DNA of 64,000 nt from a virus: IMG/VR virus record IMGVR_UViG_3300044904_000056, positions 32,001-96,000 of that record; one strand, 5' to 3'. The notes under the pieces were generated by a model. That model was not told the DNA's origin. It saw only the letters and a program-made list of their open reading frames with translations, and did not search any database. Below, piece by piece: positions 34,728 through 45,319 of this stretch (position 1 is the first letter of the stretch; every line of letters starts with the position of its first letter). A program made the position numbers and the translations under genes.

Positions 34728-36419
34728 TTACTTACCCCACACGGTGCCCCCACCGCTGGTGGCTGAGAGATTGCCGTCAGTGCTGTAATCATAGACTTCT
34801 GCGGTGATATTCAGAAGGACAGCTGACCGGGAAAGGGTCAAACCAACCGATTGAATCCTCCCGCAAACAGGCTGGTCAACCCCTTTAGGGGAGGCTCCCC
34901 CCTGCGCTGTAATCAGGAGCTGGTCCCCTGGCTGGGGCATTGTGCCCCGGTAGAGGCAGGACATTGTTGTCCGGTAGCGGGGCGAGTTGATGCGCTTGTA
35001 GTTAGAGACATATTTCAAGTAGTAGCCCTGCTGCGCTGTGCCACTCCCAAAGTTCACCTGAGAGGAAGGATTGATGACAACGGTGTTGTTAGGAATTCCA
35101 AACGGATTTACAGGGTTGCCAACAGGGAAGGTCGTTGGAAGGACCCGAGGGAAGGTCCACAGTTCCATCGTGATAGAAAAGAAATTGCTCGCTGCCTCCC
35201 CACTATCCCCCATACCATTTGGACGAAGGACCAGACAGGAGGGGAGGTCAAAGAATTGGCTGCTAAGAGAATCAAATAATGTCGTCTCATCAGCAGTGAA
35301 CCCGTATATCCCTGACTCCGTCCCAGCGTTGTCAAATATGAATTCTTTTGTTGTCCCCTGCCGGGTTACTCCTGTTACCGGAGAGCCTACAAAGGGTGAG
35401 ACATTTCCCGGCAGATTTAGGGATTTTATCAGCCGTGTGAAATTCGTTATGCCCCTCAAGTTAGAAGGGTTGGTGGGGGACTGAAACACCTTCCAATACC
35501 TCCCACTAGCTACTGAAGGAGCAGGATTGGAGAAGTCTGTTCCAGGGGGAGGAGTCCACTCTTCAGAGTTCCCATCTATGAGCCAACCATCCGGAATAGG
35601 GATGAAGTCAGAGGCTCCTGTCCCACTCGGAGCACCTGCCTGCACGGTGAACTTCGGCTGCTTCTGAGCGTGAGCAGAATCAAAAACGAAATCGCCAGGA
35701 TTGTTGAAATTTACAGCAGTCAAGACAGGATTGAGGATGCTAGCAACATCCATCGAGTAGTCCTGAAGCTGAGATATGGAAACGATGTCTGTTACAGGGA
35801 CTCTGAAGGTATTGGCGTTGGGGGGTGAAACTCCAGGGTCTACTACATAAATGCCATCATTCCGGACGATTACATCAGCTAGCATAATGCTAGCAAGCTG
35901 TTGAATCCCTGAGAGGATATTTCCCCGGAAGGTAAATCCGGAGATTGGTGGGTTCATAGTATACCAATAGAGTAGTATTGCTCCCTGCTGACTAGCAAGC
36001 TGGGAAGCCAACCCAGCACAGAAGGCGTTGACTCCCCCAGGCACTCCAACAAAGCCTGTCAGGGTAGCAGCTGGGGAAGTGCAAGGGCCTCCCACAGTCT
36101 GAACTAATCCGCCTCTCCCAAGGGAGGAGCCTGTCTGTTTCAACGTGACAACCCTACCACTCGGCAATGAGAATGAGAGATTTTCTAGCAGGTTTACGAT
36201 GGAGCCTTGGAGAATGGTCGCTGAGAAGGAGCCGCCAGTCAGAGTGAAGTTTATCTGCAGGCTGATGAGGTTCTTCACCGTCAGGATGGATTGATTGTTC
36301 AGGATTACAGTTGGGTCAGGAAGGATGACATCTCTGGGAGTAACAGGAGATGTAGGTATGTATGGTGGGCCACCATAAGGGCCTAACCCAAATCCCGGAG
36401 GTCCACCAAAACCGCCCAT
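34728..36419 (-). CDS. putative tail hub / baseplate protein
   Basis: Position in tail module; G/T/P/N-rich; C-terminal PQPGD hub-like motif. Confidence 0.6.
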   Translation of the reverse strand: MGGFGGPPGFGLGPYGGPPYIPTSPVTPRDVILPDPTVILNNQSILTVKNLISLQINFTLTGGSFSATILQGSIVNLLENLSFSLPSGRVVTLKQTGSSLGRGGLVQTVGGPCTSPAATLTGFVGVPGGVNAFCAGLASQLASQQGAILLYWYTMNPPISGFTFRGNILSGIQQLASIMLADVIVRNDGIYVVDPGVSPPNANTFRVPVTDIVSISQLQDYSMDVASILNPVLTAVNFNNPGDFVFDSAHAQKQPKFTVQAGAPSGTGASDFIPIPDGWLIDGNSEEWTPPPGTDFSNPAPSVASGRYWKVFQSPTNPSNLRGITNFTRLIKSLNLPGNVSPFVGSPVTGVTRQGTTKEFIFDNAGTESGIYGFTADETTLFDSLSSQFFDLPSCLVLRPNGMGDSGEAASNFFSITMELWTFPRVLPTTFPVGNPVNPFGIPNNTVVINPSSQVNFGSGTAQQGYYLKYVSNYKRINSPRYRTTMSCLYRGTMPQPGDQLLITAQGGASPKGVDQPVCGRIQSVGLTLSRSAVLLNITAEVYDYSTDGNLSATSGGGTVWGK

Positions 36420-36433
36420 CTTTTCTCCCTATT

Positions 36434-38569
36434 CTAACTTTGACCCTGAAGCTTTTCGATACACTTCTGAAGTTTCTCTATTTGTTTCTGCTGAGCCTTT
36501 ACCGCATTCACGAGCGCCGCAATTACGGGGCGATCATCAAAACCAAGATATTCCGCACCGTCTTTCGCTACTTGCTTACCTACAATTGATTCCGGTATTT
36601 TCTTTTGGACATCCTGCGCGCTGAAACCCACATACTCCCTATCACTGGTATCACCCGCAACTTCCTGTCCTTTCTCGTTCCACTTATAACGGATGGGCGT
36701 TATGGACAGGATTTCATCAAGTCCACCCTTGTAGGGTACAGCGCTTTTCAGACGTTCATCCGAAGTCACGGTCAGGGTGGTTACAATTCCACCGATAGTT
36801 GCGATTGAAGTCGGCACTCCTGCCGTTTGAGTGACGCCCGGTGTTCCATTGATGTAATAAGCAGTCTCAACGTTTATGGTTCCTGTACCCTTGCCGCTTC
36901 CGGTCGGTGCCCCAACCCAGACTCCTTGTCCTGCTGAAGTATTGCCTATAGCAAATTGAAGGACATTGTTGTGGTCATAAAAACCAAGTAGATAGCCACC
37001 CGTCTGAATAGACCAATCTGCCCCTGCAACATCGTTCATACGCAGTATGGCTTGGCTCGAAGCATTCCCCACAGTGATTTGGTTTGCGCTAAGAATCGAG
37101 TTTGCAATATCAACTGTGCCTGTAAGTACTGGTGTGCCAGCAAGCACAACCGCCCCAGTTCCCGTGGTGCCGTTGCTCAGGTCGGAGGCCGCAAGGGCAG
37201 CATCTACAAACGTAGTGCCATTACTCCGTAACACATCCCCAGAAGGGGGTACAGCGGAACCAAGGATCAATCGTTTATAAGTGGTTGTTGCAAAGGGCTC
37301 TGCAAGACCGGAAGGAACTACACGAAACTCCATCTGTCCGTTACCCTCATGCATAATGAGAGCCATACCAACTTTTGCTGAGTCATCATAAACCCAATTG
37401 CCTAATTCGGGGTCATAGCGCAAATTTGAAGTAAAATTGAGTCCATTACCATCTTTCCCGAGACGTGTGTATGTACTGTCATTACCGGGACCACCAAATT
37501 GAGCCGCTTGCCAAGCAGGAACTTGAACATACAAAGGAAGACCAGTTGGTTGTAGATAATGCACTTTTTGAGTAATCAAATAGCGCAGGGAGCCTTGCGT
37601 AAAGTCTAGCCCCTCCAACTCATCGGCTATAGTGACGATGTATACTTGTGTCACTTGCCCTGTCAATGATACTTGGTAGATTGCTCCACCCAACCCGCTG
37701 GAATTGTCCGCAGCAATGAAGAAAGACTGTGTAGGTACATTGTAGGTAATACCCTGAATTCTGTTGATTGTCTGCGATAGAGACACAGTCCCCAACAACG
37801 TCAGCGTGGTTAGGTCGTATTTCCAAATCTTTGTCCCATCGCAGAAAGACGCAATATAGAGAGCAGATTGTAGGGGGACCACACAAATAGCTGAAACCTC
37901 ATGCCCATCCCCTGATATGTCATTGTAGGTCAGCAACGGTAGTCCGCTTGATGTGGCATCGTAGACAGCAAGCGTTTGATGGGCAGTATCCCCGCAAACA
38001 CCATCCCAATATTCTACAGGAATATATAACTTACCATTGTAGTAACAGCCGTCGCCGCAGTGGTTCACCCCAGGAGGAAGACCAGAAAACGGGGTGCTGT
38101 TTTGAGTTACAATACTCCAAGTCCCATCGTTATTCCGCTTATAGATTGTACCCGTGTCAATTGTATAATGGTACACTCCGTCAGTCGTGTAGCCTTGCTG
38201 GGACGAAGTAGCTGGCGAAGTAAAAATGTCAACCCAAGATGTAATAGAGAGGTCAGGTGCAACTGAAATCATCCCCGCAACAATCGGAGAGTCCCCCAAT
38301 ACAACAGCGCCGCTACCCGTCACACCGTTGCTCAGGTCGGAGGCAGCAAGCTGACTAACCGTAACCGCTGACCCCGCAGAAGTCTGTTTTAAGACTCGGG
38401 ATGTACCCCCTGTTCCTGATAAGTCTGCGCCTGTACCTCCCTTGTTAAGGGCAAGTTTACTACTTGGAAACAGCCCGTCAAGGATGTCTTCGTTAGCATT
38501 TAACGGAACATCCCAATTCGCGCTACCGTTTGCCGGCTTATTCAATCCTAAATTTGGAGTAGTCGTCAT
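36434..38569 (-). CDS. tail fiber with C-terminal peptidase S74 intramolecular chaperone
   Basis: TTTPNLGLNKP..WDVPLNAN N-terminus; SDERLK..PIRYKW..GFSAQDVQ..LVNAVK coiled coil. Confidence 0.88.
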   Translation of the reverse strand: MTTTPNLGLNKPANGSANWDVPLNANEDILDGLFPSSKLALNKGGTGADLSGTGGTSRVLKQTSAGSAVTVSQLAASDLSNGVTGSGAVVLGDSPIVAGMISVAPDLSITSWVDIFTSPATSSQQGYTTDGVYHYTIDTGTIYKRNNDGTWSIVTQNSTPFSGLPPGVNHCGDGCYYNGKLYIPVEYWDGVCGDTAHQTLAVYDATSSGLPLLTYNDISGDGHEVSAICVVPLQSALYIASFCDGTKIWKYDLTTLTLLGTVSLSQTINRIQGITYNVPTQSFFIAADNSSGLGGAIYQVSLTGQVTQVYIVTIADELEGLDFTQGSLRYLITQKVHYLQPTGLPLYVQVPAWQAAQFGGPGNDSTYTRLGKDGNGLNFTSNLRYDPELGNWVYDDSAKVGMALIMHEGNGQMEFRVVPSGLAEPFATTTYKRLILGSAVPPSGDVLRSNGTTFVDAALAASDLSNGTTGTGAVVLAGTPVLTGTVDIANSILSANQITVGNASSQAILRMNDVAGADWSIQTGGYLLGFYDHNNVLQFAIGNTSAGQGVWVGAPTGSGKGTGTINVETAYYINGTPGVTQTAGVPTSIATIGGIVTTLTVTSDERLKSAVPYKGGLDEILSITPIRYKWNEKGQEVAGDTSDREYVGFSAQDVQKKIPESIVGKQVAKDGAEYLGFDDRPVIAALVNAVKAQQKQIEKLQKCIEKLQGQS

Positions 38570-38605
38570 TTCTATCCCCCTTCCCTACTACTAGCAATTG
38601 CCATA

Positions 38606-40477
38606 TCATCCAAACCCCTGAGTGCCGTTTATCAAGTCGCTCCGTTCCTGCAAGATCATCTGGAGCTCGTAAACGTGAGGCTCTGTCCCCGGGATATATT
38701 TTGCGCGGAAAGCAGAAGCTGAATTAGCGAATACAACGTAGTAGGTCTTGCCGTTTGCCTGAAGTAACATTGGCCTCATACCACAGAGAGTCTCGTTGTA
38801 TTGGGTAATCAGCCTCTGGCGTAGCGCGTAGCTAAGATTGGCATTTCCTAGCTGCTGCCCGAAAAGTTCCTGGAGAGCGTACTGCTGCTGCGTTGTAATT
38901 TGAACCTCTAGTAGCGCGTTCATACTTAGCTGGTCCAACACGCACTCTAGAGTGTATTCCTGAATCCCGTAGACCTTCACCTTGTCGTTGACGATTGAGT
39001 CTTCAAAGTTGTTGTTAGTCGTTGTCGTGACTGTCGTCTTTGTAACTCCGCCCACCGTTACCTTCGTGGTAGTTGTGACCGTTTCTTCCGGCTGACCAGT
39101 CTGAGCATTTGTGAAAGTCTTTTTCTCGACAAACTGCACTGTAGTTGTAACTTGCCCATACTGGTCTGTATCAGTCGTTGTCGTAGTTGTTGTACTATCC
39201 CCAGTCAGGTCATTTGTTGTCGTATCTGTTATAGACTGCGAACCATCTGGGTAGGTAGTCACCTTATGGATTGTTGTAATGATCCCGTTGAAACTTGTGG
39301 TCGTGTCAGTTACTGTACTCCCAACATTAGGTTGCACCCCAACCTGGTCCACAGTAGTGGTAGTAGTTTTCCCTGTTGGGTCCGTCTCTGTGGTAACCGT
39401 ATGAAGGTCCATAATCGGGTTGCCAAATGAGTCGGTACTCTTCCCATTCAGAGTTGTAGGGAACATACTCTGCTGAGTTTTGGTTGTGGTAAGCCCCTCT
39501 GCGTCTCCCCCTGCCCATTCTTCGTTGGGAATGCCTCCCCCGCTGAACCATTGGTAGTGGGTTACCCCATCCAATGTAGTCACCTTAATAGGCTGGATGT
39601 TGTCAACAGTAGGCGGAGTGGTGAATACGTTTTTCTTTTCAACAGAGTTCTTGACCCCATTGATTGTATTCGTCTCTATCTCGCGGGAAGTAGACTGCCC
39701 GTTCCGGTTGATCTCTTGAATGCTAATTGAAGTCCGGGTAGGAGTCCCACTGTCTACTACAGTTATCGTGATGATCTGGGTATCTTGCTTCTGTTCCGTC
39801 ACGGTGGTTGTAGTTAGAACGTCCCCGTTAGGCAGCTGCTGTTTCTGTACCTGGGTGCTTGTTACAACCCCCCCAGGGGAGCCATCTACCAGAGTCATCC
39901 AGGACTTCGTTCGTGTCTGCCAGCTTATCACACCCATCGTAAACGCAGTGACGATGAGATTAATCCCCTTCAGGCTGAAGAGGGAGAACGGCTTGTAGGC
40001 AGACCCAGCGAGGCTTGAAGAGAGAAAGTCCTCATCTGGGGAGAATCCAGAGCCGGGCATCTGTACTGAGTCATTCTGCTTTACCAAATAGCCATCGAGA
40101 CGGACAAATCCAACAGGGGAGATTAGACTAGGGGCCTCTAACGAGCCGTTTAGGTTGACGAAACTCCCAACTGCTGTAATTGACACCAGAGCGTCAATCT
40201 GGTGAGAATCTCCCGGAGGAAGGAGAGTAGCGTTCAGCCTCACATACTGTCTTGTTGCTGGGGATTGCAGGGAAGCAGCCAGGTTAACAAAGAGCCGGGT
40301 TGCACCCTGGAGAGTTGCTGCAAGGTTTACAAATTGAAGGGTGGGTTGAAGGAGGGATGCGTTCAGCCGTACATAGCCAGTGGCTTTGACAGGCCAAATC
40401 AGATTCCCCCCCAGAGGGAGAAATGATCTGGTGGTTGTTAGGACATAGGCATCAATAGAATGAGAAAAATCTGCCAT
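38606..40477 (-). CDS. Thr-rich virion protein
   Basis: Long TTTT beta-hairpin-like tracts; N-terminal F/YVxLxAxL repeats; in tail module. Confidence 0.65.
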   Translation of the reverse strand: MADFSHSIDAYVLTTTRSFLPLGGNLIWPVKATGYVRLNASLLQPTLQFVNLAATLQGATRLFVNLAASLQSPATRQYVRLNATLLPPGDSHQIDALVSITAVGSFVNLNGSLEAPSLISPVGFVRLDGYLVKQNDSVQMPGSGFSPDEDFLSSSLAGSAYKPFSLFSLKGINLIVTAFTMGVISWQTRTKSWMTLVDGSPGGVVTSTQVQKQQLPNGDVLTTTTVTEQKQDTQIITITVVDSGTPTRTSISIQEINRNGQSTSREIETNTINGVKNSVEKKNVFTTPPTVDNIQPIKVTTLDGVTHYQWFSGGGIPNEEWAGGDAEGLTTTKTQQSMFPTTLNGKSTDSFGNPIMDLHTVTTETDPTGKTTTTTVDQVGVQPNVGSTVTDTTTSFNGIITTIHKVTTYPDGSQSITDTTTNDLTGDSTTTTTTTDTDQYGQVTTTVQFVEKKTFTNAQTGQPEETVTTTTKVTVGGVTKTTVTTTTNNNFEDSIVNDKVKVYGIQEYTLECVLDQLSMNALLEVQITTQQQYALQELFGQQLGNANLSYALRQRLITQYNETLCGMRPMLLQANGKTYYVVFANSASAFRAKYIPGTEPHVYELQMILQERSDLINGTQGFG

Positions 40478-40915
40478 TTATCCCGCTACTGCAGTTCCCT
40501 TTGAAATGACCACTTCCTCCCCATTCGTCCCCCGCTCTATGCAAGAGTAGGATGGGACCTTCTCGACTCGCTTCCCTGGAATCAAAATCGCAGGGGTGTA
40601 TTTGAACTTAGCAAGAGGATATGTGCTTCCTTGTACGTTCCCTTGGTACGTTAGCTTCATCTCGATTCCAATCCCAGACTCCAAATCCTGAGCACCGATA
40701 ATCTCTGCCAGAACATTGGGAGTTGCTTGCCCAGGGTAAGCCATTGCCTCAACAACGTAGTAGTAGTTGTCATAATCCTTGAGGCAGATATACAACTTTT
40801 GGAAATGAGGGTGAGTCAGTTGAACAGCCGTCAGCTTTCTTTCCTTAGAGAGATCAGTCCAATACATCATCTTGCTATTGACTGAGTCCCCATTAGATAA
40901 ATTGGCAGTCCACAT
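40478..40915 (-). CDS. hypothetical protein (tail module)
   Basis: RBS; position. Confidence 0.6.
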   Translation of the reverse strand: MWTANLSNGDSVNSKMMYWTDLSKERKLTAVQLTHPHFQKLYICLKDYDNYYYVVEAMAYPGQATPNVLAEIIGAQDLESGIGIEMKLTYQGNVQGSTYPLAKFKYTPAILIPGKRVEKVPSYSCIERGTNGEEVVISKGTAVAG

Positions 40916-40929
40916 AACACTTGCTCTCC

Positions 40930-41562
40930 TTATGTACTAGTCACCCATTGAGCTGGGGCGTCCAATACCCCAGAAAGAGGAATTGTAAAGAATACACTTG
41001 ATGAAGTTGCTCCGTTGTTCGCTGGGCGGATGAAACTCCCTGCTGACCCCGGAGTAAGAGTTGTCCAGGAGGGTGCTCCTTCTGTTCCTCCTGCGGAGTT
41101 GTCGTTGAACTGCCAGGTTAGGGTTGGAGTGGCCCCAGAATACGAAATCCGAACAGCAAGAACACCGTTCATAGTATTCGTACTTGGGACGGTAGCATCT
41201 GATGGGACTTCCCAATTCAGATTCCACCGGACTGCTCCCCCTGCTCCAGGTATGGTTGTTGAAAGGTTGACGTAACTCGTCAATCCTTGAAGGCGATTAA
41301 TTACTGCCCCTCCAGCTGCTGGTGCTGCAGGCTTCCAGCTAGACGTTGGAGCAGAATCTGTTGTGGCTACTCCGGACAAATATGGAATGTGCCCGTTGAC
41401 AGTAGTCCCTGTGAACATCTCTTTTGAGGTGCTAGAAAACGTAGAATCATCCCAGGACTCCAGAGTTGGGTTAGCCGAAAGAGCCTGGCTGAATACAACC
41501 CGGTAGACGTTCTGGGCTGAACTACTGTTTCCTGCGCCAGTTACAGCACTCGGGATTGACAC
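40930..41562 (-). CDS. putative minor tail protein
   Basis: S/T/G/A-rich; directly after tape measure. Confidence 0.65.
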   Translation of the reverse strand: MSIPSAVTGAGNSSSAQNVYRVVFSQALSANPTLESWDDSTFSSTSKEMFTGTTVNGHIPYLSGVATTDSAPTSSWKPAAPAAGGAVINRLQGLTSYVNLSTTIPGAGGAVRWNLNWEVPSDATVPSTNTMNGVLAVRISYSGATPTLTWQFNDNSAGGTEGAPSWTTLTPGSAGSFIRPANNGATSSSVFFTIPLSGVLDAPAQWVTST

Positions 41563-41589
41563 CTTGCTTTTACCTCCCTTTCCTTAAAA

Positions 41590-44349
41590 TCACCGCAATG
41601 CCTTTACCACGGTGTTCTCGACAACTTGAGCCATCAAGTCTCCTGTCCCGGGGTCAATTCCTACGTCCACTCGACTACTCAAAGGAGTTGCTCCAAGTGC
41701 AGAAGTTACACCCTCAGCTACGGAACTAGAAACGGCATCAGCAAATCCCGCAGCAAAGGCATTCTCCATCCGGTCATTCAACGATTTGATGGCAGCAGTT
41801 AGGTCGCGGGCAGTCGCTTGATCAAATGCTACACCTCCTACTGTTCCATAGCCACCTCCACCGCTGTAACTTGGTGTAAGCCCATACGCTGGCTGCGCGG
41901 GGGTTCCTGCCCCTGTTGGAGATGCTTCTCCGGGAGACCCTGCCCCATACCGGATTTGTCCTGGCCCCAGAGCTGGCGGGAGGTTGATAGGATTTCCTGA
42001 GGACCCTGTAACCATCTTTGTAGCAGCAGCTAGCGCACTCGAAAAGCTCTGGATATTTGGAATGGCTCCTAAGATCACGTCACGGATGCGGACAGCTAAG
42101 TCAGTGAAGGAAGTATCAAGTCTCGGAATATCGCTGCCCCTCGCCAACCCTTGAGTTGCTAGACCTTCTGTTGAGCTGAGGATGCTTCCAACTACTGGAG
42201 AAGGGCCTCCAGGTGCGCGGACCTCTTCCCCACCAGCTGCAGACTTCAGAACGTCCTTCGCAGCATTGGCTGCCTCTCGCATTGTACCACTGACTTCCTT
42301 GCCGGCGATTTGCATATCAGTGACTTGTTTCGTTATCATCTGAGCCCACTGAGTAGCCCAGTCCCTCTGTGCTTGCGTTCCCCCTCCACCACCAGCGATA
42401 GACGTGGCTTGCCGGCTCTCCTCAACAAGTTTCCTTTCTGCTTCACGCCTTGCCTGGGCAAAGGTCATTTCCTCCCCGCCCTTTTTTGAGGCGTCAACCA
42501 TCTGTTGGTAGCTGTCAACAACCGTCTTCGTGTAGTTCAGAGCAAGTTCAAGACGTTTCTCATACTGCTGTTTGTCAAGGTCAGCAATCTGACTGATGAC
42601 CTTCATTTCCTCTTCTGCATTTCCCTTGACAGCTTCTAGCTTCTGCTTCTGAAAGTCAATCTCATCCTGGAGGCTGATCATTCGGAGTTTCTTAACAAAG
42701 GCCATTTCCTCATCAGCCTGCTTGATAGCCAAGTCCCGAACCTTGACGATCTCTGATGCAGCTCCAGTAATGTCTCCCTTCCCAAGAGCCTCAGCTGCTC
42801 TTGCTTTCCGCATCTGAATTTCATCTTGGACGGAGAGAGCACCCAGCTGCCGGCCCACCTTGTAAATCTCTTCCTGGAATTGCTTCCGCTTCTGGTAGAC
42901 CTCCGCTTCAATCTTCAGCCGTTCCTCTCCTACAATCTTCTCGTCAGAGACTTTCCTTTCAAGGAGCTGGAGTTCCGTGGAGAGGCTCAAGGCTCCATTT
43001 GCTTTGAGCTGCAACTCCTCGTTGGCATACATCTCTTTCGTCTTCTGCGATACAATCTCAACAGAGCGTAGCCTGTTCTGAAGGAGTTCCTGTTCTAGCT
43101 TCTGCCGCTCTACTTCGTCAATACCGCCGTGCTCTCCACGGAGACGTTCTTGGAGAGTAACACGCTGTTGTTCGAGTTGTAGAAGTTCCTGCTCTCGGGC
43201 TATTTCTACTTCACCAAGAGTCGCTGCTCCCAATTTGTAGAGTTTCTCAAGAGCCTGCAGCCTCTGGTGAGCAAGCTGGGCTAACTTCTGTTGGTCCTCA
43301 ATTTCTTTTTCAGCCAACTCTCTTGCTGCTTGGTCGGCTTCGTTTGCCTTCTCTTTTTCGAGATTCGCTTTACGCGCTGCATCCAGAATCTTTTCGTAGT
43401 TGTTGAAAATCTCCAGAGTCCCTTTTGAATAGACTCCAAGGAACTCCCCTACACCAAGCCTCAACTGATTGATAGCATTAATCCCCCCTGCAGGAACAGC
43501 AAAGGGACTGGCCGCCTCAGCAATACCTGGGTGGGCTTTTGAAAACTCTTTCGTCCAAGAGATTGCTTCGGTTATGTAGTGGATGTACTCTGAGATTTTC
43601 GGCAGGAGTGCAGTACCAATTGAAACCGATATCCCCCGCAGCGTCTGGTCTAACTCTGTAGAAGCCTGCTTGTAAGCAAGAGAAGCTGCTGCAGCAGCCT
43701 CTACATCTCCCTGCGCTTTGACTACAGACTCAGAAACCTTCGCCCACTCTTCATTCGAGAGTTTCAGGACAGGTAGGAGCTGGCCCCCCATCCTTGCCCC
43801 AACCATCTGCTGAGCAACCTGAAGTTTCTCCATCTCACTGCCAGCTGCTCCTACCTTCTGACGCGCCAAATCGAAGACTTGCGACATATTTAGAGCAGCC
43901 CCGTGGGTATCGCGGAGACTCCCAAGGACTTTCCCCAGCTTCGTTTGGAACGGGTCCATAGCAGCATTCGTCTGATGAATCTGCATTGCCAAGATTTGGA
44001 GAGAGCGTGCGCCGATTCCTGCGTTGATTCCGAACCTCTCCATCACACCAACGAGCGTTGCGGCCTGAGTAGCAGTGAGCCCCATCCGGGCACCCATGTG
44101 CTCCATCTCCAGGCCCCATTGTGCTGTTTCTTTGACAGACTGCTCAATCTTCCCGATAAATCTTTCCAGCATCGGGATGACAGAAGCCCCGAGGCCAGCT
44201 GCGATAGCCACACCCATACCGCTGAAGCTCCCCGAAATTTTCTTGGAGCTTACTTCAGCCTGCCTCTCAGCCTTAGCAGTCCCAGCTTCAAACGAAGTCA
44301 GGTCTACTTCGATGCTGAATAGAGCTTTGAGTAGGTCAATTACGGCCAC
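41590..44349 (-). CDS. tail tape measure protein
   Basis: 919 aa, helical A/E/K/Q-rich, follows tail chaperones. Confidence 0.88.
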   Translation of the reverse strand: MAVIDLLKALFSIEVDLTSFEAGTAKAERQAEVSSKKISGSFSGMGVAIAAGLGASVIPMLERFIGKIEQSVKETAQWGLEMEHMGARMGLTATQAATLVGVMERFGINAGIGARSLQILAMQIHQTNAAMDPFQTKLGKVLGSLRDTHGAALNMSQVFDLARQKVGAAGSEMEKLQVAQQMVGARMGGQLLPVLKLSNEEWAKVSESVVKAQGDVEAAAAASLAYKQASTELDQTLRGISVSIGTALLPKISEYIHYITEAISWTKEFSKAHPGIAEAASPFAVPAGGINAINQLRLGVGEFLGVYSKGTLEIFNNYEKILDAARKANLEKEKANEADQAARELAEKEIEDQQKLAQLAHQRLQALEKLYKLGAATLGEVEIAREQELLQLEQQRVTLQERLRGEHGGIDEVERQKLEQELLQNRLRSVEIVSQKTKEMYANEELQLKANGALSLSTELQLLERKVSDEKIVGEERLKIEAEVYQKRKQFQEEIYKVGRQLGALSVQDEIQMRKARAAEALGKGDITGAASEIVKVRDLAIKQADEEMAFVKKLRMISLQDEIDFQKQKLEAVKGNAEEEMKVISQIADLDKQQYEKRLELALNYTKTVVDSYQQMVDASKKGGEEMTFAQARREAERKLVEESRQATSIAGGGGGTQAQRDWATQWAQMITKQVTDMQIAGKEVSGTMREAANAAKDVLKSAAGGEEVRAPGGPSPVVGSILSSTEGLATQGLARGSDIPRLDTSFTDLAVRIRDVILGAIPNIQSFSSALAAATKMVTGSSGNPINLPPALGPGQIRYGAGSPGEASPTGAGTPAQPAYGLTPSYSGGGGYGTVGGVAFDQATARDLTAAIKSLNDRMENAFAAGFADAVSSSVAEGVTSALGATPLSSRVDVGIDPGTGDLMAQVVENTVVKALR

Positions 44350-45276
44350 GTCGTCTGTTCTCCCAATAATTTCTGCAAACTTCCGTCATCGACTTGCCAC
44401 TAGCATCCTTCGTAGAATCAAACCTTGCTTTGATCTCCTCAAATGCCGCTTTGTTCGTTATCAACCTCAAGCCTAGCGAACCTCTGCCAAGAAACGGTTT
44501 TGCCTCCCCCGTTATCGGATTCTTGAGGGTGGTATTCCTATCCAGTAGCCTCTGAATCTTTTCGTAGGCACTAGGCTCTTTCGGAAGAGGCGGTGTCTCG
44601 GGTGCCACAACCGCTTCATTTCTCCCATCCTCCAAAGGCAGTACCTTTGCTACATCTTGTACGCTGGTCCTGGTGTCGAGACTGGCCCCTTTGTCGAAAC
44701 CGTTACGGGGCCATTTTCCCGTGTACCTCCGGTAACAGCCTCGGAGGTATTGTCCAAGCTGGGGGAAGCTGAGCCTTCCAATGTCGAGGGGAGTGAATCC
44801 GTACTCGTTTGCAAATGTTTCAAAAATGGAAGTCCAAAAGTCGTTTTCAGCGCTTCCATTAGACTCCCCACTACTGGAAGGCTTTGCAAGTTTTTTAGTG
44901 CTTCTTCCAGTTCGTTGATTTCGATGAACGCTAGGATGATCTGCCGGGTTGCCGGCGTGTCTAGGTATTCCTCTAGATACTCGCGGGTGAGCTCCTTGTT
45001 AATAGGCTCTCCCGTCTCGGGGTGTTTCCTCTCAAATATCTTCACGCAGAGGTCATAGACATCAACCTGCATAAGGACATTCGCAACCAGACCCCAAGGG
45101 CTAGGGGTGTCCTCTTCTTTCAAAGCTTCAAGGAGAACTCCCTTTGTCGTATCGTCTAACCAGTTCTGGATTCCCCGCAGTTTAGCAATGGGGGTAGGAA
45201 GCAAGGTGAAGGTTTTGGGGCCTATGCGAATTTCCCGCCCCTGTTGCAACCACAACTCTAAACCTGATGGTTTCAT
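44336..45276 (-). CDS. tail assembly chaperone, long form (gpGT-like) via -1 frameshift at A AAA AAC (44896-44890)
   Basis: The -1 frame is open from the slippery site through FANEYGFTPLDIGRLSFPQL into ORF 44336-44635. Confidence 0.85.
44650..45276 (-). CDS. tail assembly chaperone, short form (gpG-like)
   Basis: Between tail tube and tape measure. Confidence 0.8.
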   Translation of the reverse strand: MKPSGLELWLQQGREIRIGPKTFTLLPTPIAKLRGIQNWLDDTTKGVLLEALKEEDTPSPWGLVANVLMQVDVYDLCVKIFERKHPETGEPINKELTREYLEEYLDTPATRQIILAFIEINELEEALKNLQSLPVVGSLMEALKTTFGLPFLKHLQTSTDSLPSTLEGSASPSLDNTSEAVTGGTRENGPVTVSTKGPVSTPGPAYKM

Positions 45277-45319
45277 AAATTTCTCCTAAGCCTCTGGTAG
45301 AGACTCTAGAATTGCCTCC

